A stretch of DNA of 64,000 bases from an uncultured Actinomycetes bacterium (GTDB lineage Bacteria > Actinomycetota > Thermoleophilia > Gaiellales > JAICJC01): contig CAWEIZ010000002.1 of NCBI GenBank assembly GCA_963809325.1, positions 452,793 to 516,792 of the forward strand, read 5' to 3'. The notes below the pieces were generated by a model. The model ran no database searches. It was not told the origin of the DNA and was given only the letters and a program-made list of their open reading frames with translations. The translations under genes were made by a program, and so were the position numbers. This document shows, one piece after another, positions 27,558 to 36,000 of this stretch (position 1 is the stretch's first letter; every line of letters begins with the position of its first letter).

Positions 27558-27616
27558 CCACCGGGGCCAGGCCCCATCGCCCGCAGGCGATGGGGCCCGA
27601 CCCCACGGGGTTGGTC
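27556..27616. repeat. REP-like palindromic element, copy C
   Basis: AACCACCGGGGCCAGGCCCC-[ATCGCCCGCAGGCGAT]-GGGGCCCGACCCCACGGGGTTGGTC. It fills the whole gap between the convergent stops at 27555-57 and 27615-17 and overlaps both. Confidence 0.85.
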
Positions 27617-28592
27617 AGCGGTGAGCGTCGGCGTAGGCGGCCAGCGTGTCGGCGATCACCTGGCACGCGGCCATGGCGGACTCGCCGTTGTCGTACGCCG
27701 GGGCGACCTCGCAGACGTCCATCGCCACGATGTTCGCGCGGCCGATCACCGAGACCATCGTGAGCGCCTCGCGCGAGGTGAGCCCGCCCATCGTCGGGAC
27801 GCAGGTTCCGGTGCAGACGGAGCTGTCGAGGCTGTCGACGTCGAAGCTGAAGTAGACGCCGTCGGTGCCGTCGGACGCGATCTGGACCGCCTCCTCGGCG
27901 ATCGCCCGTGCACCGCGGCGGTCGACGTCGGAGACGTGGAAGACGGTCACGCCCGCCTCGCGCACGTAGGCGTACTCGCTCTTCGGGTTCATCGCCCCGT
28001 GCGGGCCGATGATGACGCACTTGGCAGGGTCGAACGCCGCGAGCTCCATCGCCCGCGTGATCGGGCAGCAGTGGTTGATCCGCTCGCCGCCGACGTCGGG
28101 CGCCGTGTCGAGGTGCGTGTCGACCAGGATCAGCCCGTACGTCCCCTCCGGCGCGTGCCGGTCGACGGCCATCGAGCCGCCGATCGTCGTGATGTGCTCG
28201 CCCCCGCACAGGACGGGGATCGCGCCCGCCTTGATCGCCTCGCCCATCGCGTCGGCGACGAGGTCGACGGTCTTGGCAGCGTTGGCCGGGACGACGGCGA
28301 CGTCGCCCATGTCGGCGACGCCGAGCGCCTCGAAGATGTCGAGGTCGTACTCGCCGTGGTAGGAGAGCATGTGGCTCGACCAGTCCCGCACCGCCCGGGG
28401 GCCGAGCTGGGCCCCCGGACGGGCGATCGTGGTCGAGTCGAACGGCATGCCAAGGAAGGCTGCCTTGACGCCCGCCGCCCGCAGGGCATCGGCGTCGGCC
28501 TCCACCTGGGGGGCGCCCATGAACGTGGCGATCCCGCCCACGAGCACGGAGTGCCACCCCTGGCGGGTCTGTTGCGAAGCGACGGAGCTCAT
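27615..28592 (-). CDS. arginase/agmatinase (ureohydrolase) family protein, divergent signature
   Basis: The ureohydrolase fold reads GGEHIT, LVDTHLD and SFDVDSLD. The six predicted Mn-ligand positions are retained but flanking residues are atypical. Confidence 0.8.
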   Translation of the reverse strand: MSSVASQQTRQGWHSVLVGGIATFMGAPQVEADADALRAAGVKAAFLGMPFDSTTIARPGAQLGPRAVRDWSSHMLSYHGEYDLDIFEALGVADMGDVAVVPANAAKTVDLVADAMGEAIKAGAIPVLCGGEHITTIGGSMAVDRHAPEGTYGLILVDTHLDTAPDVGGERINHCCPITRAMELAAFDPAKCVIIGPHGAMNPKSEYAYVREAGVTVFHVSDVDRRGARAIAEEAVQIASDGTDGVYFSFDVDSLDSSVCTGTCVPTMGGLTSREALTMVSVIGRANIVAMDVCEVAPAYDNGESAMAACQVIADTLAAYADAHR

Positions 28593-28605
28593 CGAGTCCC
28601 CTTCC

Positions 28606-30222
28606 TCATTCCGGCGGGATCTCGGCGAACACCTTGTCCACCGCGACTCCGCGCTGCTTGCTTGTGAACCAGGCGATGCCGTAGACGACCGCGGCCGACG
28701 GGATGATCAGCGCCATGACCCACCGGAGCGTCGTGCCCCAGAGGTCGAAGCCCTGAACCGGGTCGTACCAGAACCAGTACTCGCAGAACACGAGACAGAT
28801 GGTCGAGACGGCGCCCAGGATCGTGATGTTGGGGATCCCGAGCGTCGACCCGTTCCACGGCGAGGCCTGCCACAGGTCGCGTCGCCGGTACGGGAACACG
28901 GTCGCCGCGATCGAGCACAGGACGAACGACAGGATCCAGGCGAAGATCCCGTTCAGCGTGTTGAAGATCTGATCGACGTAGAGGTAGAGGCAGATCTCCG
29001 AGAGCACCCACACGAACGCGATCGCGTAGATCGGCGTGTGGTAGCGCTCGTTCACCTCGGACAGCTTGCGCGGGAAGAGCCCGTCGAACGCCCACGCCAG
29101 GATCGCTCGCGTCGCGGCGAGGAAGTTGATCGGGAGCCACACGTACGTCCAGAACAGGAAGCTCACCCCGAGGATCAGGACGAGCCAGCCCTGGTTCCGC
29201 ACCATCGTGGCGATGACCTCGTTGTACGTCGGCAGGTTGCCGATCCCGAGCACGCTCGGGACGTCCTGCGGCAGTGGGTACCCGAGCCGGCCCAGGAACG
29301 TCGTCCCGACGGCGTGGTTCAGCCCGAGCACGAGGAGGAGCATGAAGATCGTCACGTAGACGATCGAGCCGGGCATGCCGATGAACTGCGACCGCTTCGC
29401 GTTTCGCACCTCGCCGCCGATGAAGCTCGACGTGATGGCGTAGAGCGTGATGAAGAGCGGCCACACCATCGCGTAGAGGGTCTGCTTCAGGTCGAAGCTG
29501 CTCTGTGCCAGGTTTTGCGAGTACTTGTCGAGGCTTGCGGTCGCATTGTCGACGCCGCCCACCCCGGAGATGTAGGAGTTGAAGCCACTGGCGGTGTCGG
29601 TCTGGTTGTGGATCGCGAGGATGATGAGGCCGACGACGACGCCGGTCATCGCGATCACGAACGTCACGGTCTGGATGCGGAAGTAGAGTCGCGTCCCGAG
29701 CGCGAAGACGATGGCGAAGAACGTGAGCAGGAGCGATCCCGCCACGAAGATCCACCACTTACGGCCGAAGTTGTCCCCATATCCGACGAGCGTCGGGCTG
29801 TCGAACACGTAGCCGAGCTCGCGGCACAGGCCCGAAAGACCGTACTGGGCCAGGTAGGCGGCGGGGATGCCCGTGTAGGTGACGAGCCAGACGACCCAGT
29901 TCCACGACGAGAGGAAGCCCAGGAATGGGTGCAGCGTGCGGCTGATGTAGATGTAGTCCCCGCCCGACCGCGGCATCGCCGCGGCGAAGTAGGCATACAC
30001 ACCGGCCATCGGCAGCGCGAGCAGGCCGGCGAGGATCGTCGCCGTCACCATGCTCCCGCCGACGTACAGCGCAGGGATCAGGAGCACCATGAACGTCACG
30101 CCGATGCCGATGTTCTGGTTGTTCGTGTTGTAGATGAAGACGTCGCGGGCGGATGCCTCACGCCGCAGCCCGGTCGCCTTCCTGGCGAAGACCTGCGGGG
30201 CCGGACTCGCTTCGGTGGCCAT
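28606..30222 (-). CDS. APC superfamily amino acid/polyamine permease
   Basis: 538-aa polytopic ORF with APC-type motifs (MPRSGGDYIYISR). Confidence 0.9.
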   Translation of the reverse strand: MATEASPAPQVFARKATGLRREASARDVFIYNTNNQNIGIGVTFMVLLIPALYVGGSMVTATILAGLLALPMAGVYAYFAAAMPRSGGDYIYISRTLHPFLGFLSSWNWVVWLVTYTGIPAAYLAQYGLSGLCRELGYVFDSPTLVGYGDNFGRKWWIFVAGSLLLTFFAIVFALGTRLYFRIQTVTFVIAMTGVVVGLIILAIHNQTDTASGFNSYISGVGGVDNATASLDKYSQNLAQSSFDLKQTLYAMVWPLFITLYAITSSFIGGEVRNAKRSQFIGMPGSIVYVTIFMLLLVLGLNHAVGTTFLGRLGYPLPQDVPSVLGIGNLPTYNEVIATMVRNQGWLVLILGVSFLFWTYVWLPINFLAATRAILAWAFDGLFPRKLSEVNERYHTPIYAIAFVWVLSEICLYLYVDQIFNTLNGIFAWILSFVLCSIAATVFPYRRRDLWQASPWNGSTLGIPNITILGAVSTICLVFCEYWFWYDPVQGFDLWGTTLRWVMALIIPSAAVVYGIAWFTSKQRGVAVDKVFAEIPPE

Positions 30223-30235
30223 ACGCGCTCCCTCC

Positions 30236-31174
30236 TTATCCTGTGACGAGCTGGCAGGACCGCACTCGGTCCTTGCGCAGGTCGATGACGGCCCCGTCGA
30301 TCACGCCCTCGGAGTAGGCGCTGCCGGGGTTGACGCACGTCGTCTTGCCGATCTTGGCGACTGCCTTGGACTCATGGATGTGCCCGTGCAGGGACAGCAC
30401 GGGCTGCACCTCCTCGATCAGGGTGCGCACCGCCGTCGAGCCGACCGAGACGATGCGCGGCTCGCCGCCGTCGAGCACCACCTTGAGCTCGTCGGTCAGC
30501 TGGGGCGCGCGGTCGAGCGTCGTGCCGTGCGGCGGGCAGTGCAGGTTGAAGATGGTCGTGACCCCGGGCTCGAGCTGGGCGGCCAGGCCGTGGAGCCGCT
30601 CGAGCAGCTGCTCCTCCGGCTCCTCGCGCGGGCTGTCCCAGGGGGTCGGGTTCGTCCACGAGCACGAGAGCATCTGGGCGTCGTCTCCGACCTTCACCAC
30701 CTTGTTGTCGGGATTGACGACGGTGGTCGACTCGAGCGCCTCGTCGATCGCGAACTCGTCGTCGTTCCCCGGCATGACGAAGCAGCGGATGCCGGTACCC
30801 GCCAGCCGCTCCTCGGCAAGCGCGATCCAGCGCCGCACCTCGTCGGTCATGAGCCGCGTGAACGTCTCCTCGCGGTAGGCCGTGTCGGCGGTCAGGCGGT
30901 CGTACTCGGCCCGGTCGCACCGGTACGGGTAGAAGCCGTTGAACCGGATGCGCTTCTCCATGTCCTCGACCTCGTCGGCCGGGACGATCTCGTGCCGGCC
31001 GAGGACGCGGGCCTCGTGGCGCCCGTCGGCCATCTCGATCACGGGCACCATCATCTTGCCGGTGATGTCCCCTCCCATGATCAGCGTGTCGGCCTCGTAG
31101 AACTTGGCCGCGTTCAGGAACTTGCGCCAGCACTTCTCGGAGCCGTGCACGTCGCCGGCGTAGTAGAGCTTCAT
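30236..31174 (-). CDS. metallophosphoesterase (calcineurin-like)
   Basis: Starts MKLYYAGDVHGSEK and carries GGDITG, PGNDDE and LHGHIHE. ATG 31174 forms an ATGA overlap with the agmatinase stop. Confidence 0.8.
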   Translation of the reverse strand: MKLYYAGDVHGSEKCWRKFLNAAKFYEADTLIMGGDITGKMMVPVIEMADGRHEARVLGRHEIVPADEVEDMEKRIRFNGFYPYRCDRAEYDRLTADTAYREETFTRLMTDEVRRWIALAEERLAGTGIRCFVMPGNDDEFAIDEALESTTVVNPDNKVVKVGDDAQMLSCSWTNPTPWDSPREEPEEQLLERLHGLAAQLEPGVTTIFNLHCPPHGTTLDRAPQLTDELKVVLDGGEPRIVSVGSTAVRTLIEEVQPVLSLHGHIHESKAVAKIGKTTCVNPGSAYSEGVIDGAVIDLRKDRVRSCQLVTG

Positions 31175-32133
31175 GCCTGCGCCTCCCGGGCGCGGGCGAG
31201 GGCGTGGAGCGAGATCATCTCCCAGGCGATGTTCGCCGCCAGGAGCGCCGTCGGCTGGCCGGGCGAGTCGTACGACGGCGAGACCTCGACCACGTCGCAC
31301 CCCACCAGGTTCACGCCGGTCAGCGCGCGTACGAACGCCGCCGCCTGTGCGGACGTCGGCCCGCCGATCTCCGGCGTGCCGGTGCCCGGCGCATAGGCCG
31401 GGTCGCAGAAGTCGACGTCGAACGTGAGGAACGCGGGCCGTCCGCCGGCCCGTTCGCGCACCAGGTCGCCGTAGCCGGCGGGGCCGAGCTCGAGCAGCTC
31501 GATGGTCGAGAGGACGGTGAAGCCCATGTCGCGCGCGTCGCCGATGTCCGACGGCGCATACAGCGACCCGCGCATACCGGCCTGCACCGAGGCCGACGGG
31601 TCGATCACGCCCTCCTCGGCCGCCCGCCGGAACGTGGTGCCGTGGTAGAAGCGCTGGCCGAAGTACTCGTGCCAGGTGTCGCCGTGGGCGTCGAGGTGGA
31701 CGAGCGCCAGCGGGCCGTGCCGGGCGGCGTGGGCGCGGAGCTCGGCGAGGGTGATCGCGTGGTCGCCCCCGAGGACGATCGGGAACACGCCGGCGTCGAT
31801 GAGCGCGCCGAGCCCCTCCTCGGCCAGCTTGTAGGTGCCGACCGTGTCGCCCGGAGCGAGCTGGAGGTCGCCCGCGTCCACCCCCGACAGGTGGGCGAAG
31901 ATGTCGACGTCCTGCTCGGCGTTGTAGGGGCGAAGGAGGGCCGAGGCCGACCGGATCGCCTCCGGGCCGAAGCGGGCGCCTGCCCGGAAGCTCGTGGCCG
32001 TGTCGAACGGCAGGCCGACGACCGCGAAGTCGACGCCCTCCATGTCGGTGACGTGCGGGAGGCGCATGAATGTCCGGATCCCCGAGAAGCGCGGGCTCCG
32101 GAACGCGTCGGCCGGCTGGTAGCGGCCGCTCAC
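31171..32133 (-). CDS. agmatinase / guanidino-acid hydrolase (canonical ureohydrolase)
   Basis: Canonical GGDHAIT, HLDAHGD and TFDVDFCDPAYAPGTGTPEIGG motifs. GTG 32133 forms a GTGA overlap with the upstream SDR. Confidence 0.9.
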   Translation of the reverse strand: MSGRYQPADAFRSPRFSGIRTFMRLPHVTDMEGVDFAVVGLPFDTATSFRAGARFGPEAIRSASALLRPYNAEQDVDIFAHLSGVDAGDLQLAPGDTVGTYKLAEEGLGALIDAGVFPIVLGGDHAITLAELRAHAARHGPLALVHLDAHGDTWHEYFGQRFYHGTTFRRAAEEGVIDPSASVQAGMRGSLYAPSDIGDARDMGFTVLSTIELLELGPAGYGDLVRERAGGRPAFLTFDVDFCDPAYAPGTGTPEIGGPTSAQAAAFVRALTGVNLVGCDVVEVSPSYDSPGQPTALLAANIAWEMISLHALARAREAQA

Positions 32134-32840
32134 CGCGCGCCCCCGTTCACCGACACGATCTGGCCCGTGATCGTCCCGGCCGCGTCGCTGCACAGGTGGG
32201 CGATCACCTCGGCGACCTCCGCCGGGCGGCCGACCCGTCCCATCGGCACCGCCCGTGCGTAGCGCTCGTGCATCTCGGCCATCGACAGCCCCGCGTCGTC
32301 GGCGTCGACCTGCAGCTGGGGCGTGTCGATGATGCCGGGCGCCACGGCGTTCACGGTCACGCCGTGCGGGCCGAGCTCGAGCGCCGCCGCCCTGGTGAGC
32401 GAGATGATGCCGGCCTTCGAGGCGGAGTACGCGGTCGCGCGCGGCCAGCCGGTGCGACCCCATTCGGACGTCACATTCACGATCCGCCCCCAGCCGGCCT
32501 CGGTCATCGCCGGAGCGCATGCCCTCATGCACGCGAAGGTGCCGGTGAGGTTGGTGTTGACGACGCGCCAGAACTCGCCGGCGCCGATCTCGTCGATGCC
32601 GCCCATCACCATGTACGCCGCGTTCGCGACCAGCACGCTGACCGGCCCCAGGTCGCGCGTCACGTTCTGCACCATGCGGTCGACGGCCGCCGAGTCGGAG
32701 ACGTCGGCCTCGGCGGAGTAGCCGGAGACGGCCTGGCCCGGCAGGTGGTTTCGGGCCACCGCGAAGCCGCGCGCCTCGAGGACGTCGGCCGTCGCCCGGC
32801 CGATGCCGGTGGCCGCTCCGGTCACGAGCGCCACCCTCAC
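32130..32840 (-). CDS. SDR family oxidoreductase
   Basis: TGAATGIG Rossmann motif, NAA, and YSASKAG catalytic YxxxK. GTG 32840 forms a GTGA overlap with the upstream SDR. Confidence 0.85.
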   Translation of the reverse strand: MRVALVTGAATGIGRATADVLEARGFAVARNHLPGQAVSGYSAEADVSDSAAVDRMVQNVTRDLGPVSVLVANAAYMVMGGIDEIGAGEFWRVVNTNLTGTFACMRACAPAMTEAGWGRIVNVTSEWGRTGWPRATAYSASKAGIISLTRAAALELGPHGVTVNAVAPGIIDTPQLQVDADDAGLSMAEMHERYARAVPMGRVGRPAEVAEVIAHLCSDAAGTITGQIVSVNGGAR

Positions 32841-33496
32841 ACCACCGCCCCGGAGTTGGGCGAGATGACCTCGCCGGTCAGGTACGACGCGGCGTCCGAT
32901 GCGACGAAGGCGATGGTCGCCGCGATCTCCGCGGCCGTCGAGAGCCGCCGTACCGGCAGCGACTCGACGTACGCCGGCGTGCGCCACATGTCGGTCAGGA
33001 GGGCCGTGTCGGTCGCGCCGGGGGCGACCGAGTTGACGCGCACCCCATGCGGGGCGAGCTCGAGCGCGAGCGCCTTCGTGAGGCCCACGATCGCGCCCTT
33101 GGCGGCGCAGTAGTGGGCGTGCAGCTCGGCGCCGCAGAGGGCGAGCTCGGAGCTGACGTTCACGATCGAGCCCCGGCCCCGAGCGGCCATCCGCGGAGCG
33201 GTGGCGCGGCAGGTGTGCCATGTCCCGCCGAGGTGCACGCGCAGCATCCGGTCCCACTCCTCGTCGGAGATCCGCTCGATCGGCGTCTCGGCGACATGGC
33301 CCGCGCAGTTCACGAGGACGTCGATCGGGCCGCGATCGGCCTCCGTCCTGGCCACGAGCTCGGTGATCGCCGCCTCGTCGGTGACGTCGAGCGGCAGGTC
33401 GGTGCAGACGACGTCGTGGCCCGCCGTCTCGAGCGCGTCGGCCGTCGCTCCGCCGATCCCGCCGGCCGCTCCGGTCACGAGGGCGATGCTAGCCAT
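32837..33496 (-). CDS. SDR family oxidoreductase
   Basis: TGAAGGIG, NCAG and YCAAKGA. A GAGGAGGAC RBS precedes ATG 33496. Confidence 0.85.
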   Translation of the reverse strand: MASIALVTGAAGGIGGATADALETAGHDVVCTDLPLDVTDEAAITELVARTEADRGPIDVLVNCAGHVAETPIERISDEEWDRMLRVHLGGTWHTCRATAPRMAARGRGSIVNVSSELALCGAELHAHYCAAKGAIVGLTKALALELAPHGVRVNSVAPGATDTALLTDMWRTPAYVESLPVRRLSTAAEIAATIAFVASDAASYLTGEVISPNSGAVV

Positions 33497-34361
33497 AGAC
33501 GTCCTCCTCGATCCGGACGACGGGCACGGGCCGCGCCTCCTGCGCGGGGATCGCCGTCCGGGTGTGGGCGGCGATCTCACCGGCCGGCGCGATCCACACG
33601 CCTCCCAGCGCGCGCGCGCGCTCGACGACCCGCTCGAGCGTCACGACCCGCGACGGGCGCCCCGACAGGAACGGGTGGCTCGTGTGCACCATGAGGCCGC
33701 CCTCGTCGGCGAGCGCCTCGAGCTCTCCGCCCCACAGGTCGAGCACCTTCGCCGGCGACTCGATGACGGCACCGATGTGCGGCTCCGGCAGGAACGCGTA
33801 CTGCTCCCAGTCGTCGAGCATCCAGTGGACGGGGAGCTCGGCGAGGATGCCGCGGCCCGTGTCGAGCAGGTACGGGCGGTCGTCGTCCATCATGCTCGAG
33901 TCCCACGCGACGCCGAAGTCGGCGAGGATCCCGGGCGTCGAGTTCGTGAGCTCCCACCACGGCGCCCGGAACCCCTCGGGCCGCAGGCCGGTGACCCGCT
34001 CGAGGCTCGCGAACGCGCGCTCGATGTCGCGCTTCTGCTCGTCGTCGGTCATCCGGTGGTACGGGACGTGGGAGTAGCCGTGGTGGCCGAGCTCGTGGCC
34101 GGCGGCGACGATCGACTCGACCATCGCGGGATGGAGGTCGGCGGTGAGGCCGGGGACGAAGAACGTCGCCCGCACGCCGGTCCGCTCGAGCATCCGCATG
34201 ATGCGCGGCACGCCGACCTTCGGCCCGTACGCCTGGTGGCTCATCGTCGAGAGCCGGCCGGCGTACCTCGGGTCGACGGCCAGGACGGCCGACTCCGCGT
34301 CGACGTCGAACGTCAGCGAGAGCGCGGCACGGTGGCCGTCGGGCCAGGCGAAGGGCGCCAT
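33489..34361 (-). CDS. polysaccharide deacetylase family protein (PuuE-like); first gene of the operon
   Basis: LSLTFDVDAES, ATFFVPG and GHELGHHGYSH. Paralog of 22820..23608. It is divergent from the PucR regulator. Confidence 0.8.
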   Translation of the reverse strand: MAPFAWPDGHRAALSLTFDVDAESAVLAVDPRYAGRLSTMSHQAYGPKVGVPRIMRMLERTGVRATFFVPGLTADLHPAMVESIVAAGHELGHHGYSHVPYHRMTDDEQKRDIERAFASLERVTGLRPEGFRAPWWELTNSTPGILADFGVAWDSSMMDDDRPYLLDTGRGILAELPVHWMLDDWEQYAFLPEPHIGAVIESPAKVLDLWGGELEALADEGGLMVHTSHPFLSGRPSRVVTLERVVERARALGGVWIAPAGEIAAHTRTAIPAQEARPVPVVRIEEDVYG

Positions 34362-34446
34362 TCCGCGCTGAGTGTGGCCGATCGCCTCCGACCCGACAAG
34401 GGTGCGACCCTATAACGCTGTACGATCGGCGTTGGAGGTTCATCCA

Positions 34447-35940
34447 ATGCCGATGACGGTGCGAGAGCTTCTGGACGACCCGGCGCTCGAGCTGCGCGTC
34501 GTGGTGGACGGCGCGCTCGACCGCCCGGTCCGGTGGGTGCACACGACCGAGCTCGCCGACCCGACGCGCTATCTCCAGGGCGGCGAGCTGATCCTGACGA
34601 CGGGGGTCTGGCGCGACGCCGGCGTGACGAGCGCGCAGTTCGTCGCGCCGCTCAGGTTGATGAACGTCGCGGCCCTCGGATACGGCATCCCGACGGCGGA
34701 CGGCGACGTCCCGGCCGATCTCGTGCGGGCCTGCCGCCGCGCCGGGCTCCCGCTCATCGCGGTGCCGTTCGAGCTGCCGTTCATCGCCGTCACGCGCGCG
34801 TTCGTCGACCGCGAGTACGGCGGCCGCGAGGACGCGCTTCGGGCCCGCGTGCGCCGAAACGACGAGCTCGTGCGCGCGGCGGGCTACGGATCCGGCCTCG
34901 AGAGCATCCTCGACGTGCTCGACCAGCGGCTCTCGGCCTGGGTCGCCGGCCCGGGCTCGCAGGTGGCGGCGGCCGGCCCGGGGCCGTCAGACGAGGACGC
35001 GGCGGCTGTGCGGGCGGCGGTCGCCGGCCTCCAGGCCGAGTACCCCATCGCCGCCGGCGGCTGGCTCGCGTTCCCGATCGTCACCGTGGGGCGGACCGAG
35101 GCCCACCTCGTGGTCTCGGCCGGGAGGCGGGGACTGGCCGAGGACGACCGCGCGGCGGTCGACCAGGCGCTGCCGTTCCTCGGGCTCGAGCTCGCCCGCC
35201 GCCGGGCGATCCGCGAGAGCGAGCGGCGCCTCGCATCGGAGCTGGTCGACCTGATCATGGCCGGGCCGGGGCAGCAGCAGGCGGCCGCCGCCCGGCTCGA
35301 GACCTTCTCGCTCGACGCGGGCCGGCCGCTGGCCGCCATCGTGTGCGAGGCCGAGGATCCGGACGCGGGGCTCGATCCGGTGGAGGTGGGGCTCGCAGAC
35401 GCGGGCGTGGCCGCGGTGGCCGCCGTCAAGGCGCCCGAGATCGTCGCGGTCGTGCAGTGGGCCGGCGGCGAGCCCGAGCTCGCCGGCCTGGCGGCGGCGC
35501 TCCACGAGCGGCTCGGCGGCGCCGTCGGGGTGGGCGGCCTCGCGGGCGACGCCACCGGACTTCGCACGTCGATCGTCGAGGCCCGCCACGCGTGCCGGTT
35601 CGCCCGCCTCCGGCGCGACGCGGGCTGGGCCACCCACCACCAGGTCGGCTCGCACTCGCTGCTGCTCGCGCTCCAGGACGAGGATGTGCTCGCGGCGTTC
35701 CGGCAGGCGCTGCTCCAGCCGCTCGAGGAGCACGACGCCCGGCGCCAGTCCCAGCTCGTCGACACGCTCGACCGGTTCCTGTCGTCGGGCTGCCGCTGGC
35801 AGCGGACGGCCGCCGAGCTGCACGTCCACGTGAACACGCTCCGCCACCGCCTGGCCCGCGTCGAGCAGCTGACCGGGCGCGACCTGGGATCGATGGAGGA
35901 TCAGGTGGATCTGTGGATCGCTCTGCGCTCGCGGGGCTGA
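34447..35940 (+). CDS. PucR family transcriptional regulator
   Basis: PucR-like N-terminus (MPMTVRELLDDPALELRVV...RWVHTTEL) and a C-terminal HTH (AELHVHVNTLRHRLARVEQLTGRDL). Confidence 0.85.
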   Translation: MPMTVRELLDDPALELRVVVDGALDRPVRWVHTTELADPTRYLQGGELILTTGVWRDAGVTSAQFVAPLRLMNVAALGYGIPTADGDVPADLVRACRRAGLPLIAVPFELPFIAVTRAFVDREYGGREDALRARVRRNDELVRAAGYGSGLESILDVLDQRLSAWVAGPGSQVAAAGPGPSDEDAAAVRAAVAGLQAEYPIAAGGWLAFPIVTVGRTEAHLVVSAGRRGLAEDDRAAVDQALPFLGLELARRRAIRESERRLASELVDLIMAGPGQQQAAAARLETFSLDAGRPLAAIVCEAEDPDAGLDPVEVGLADAGVAAVAAVKAPEIVAVVQWAGGEPELAGLAAALHERLGGAVGVGGLAGDATGLRTSIVEARHACRFARLRRDAGWATHHQVGSHSLLLALQDEDVLAAFRQALLQPLEEHDARRQSQLVDTLDRFLSSGCRWQRTAAELHVHVNTLRHRLARVEQLTGRDLGSMEDQVDLWIALRSRG

Positions 35941-36000
35941 GCCTCCGCCGGGTGGTATCGTTGCCGGTGGCATTCGTCACATCTTGAGGGGGAGTGGGCT

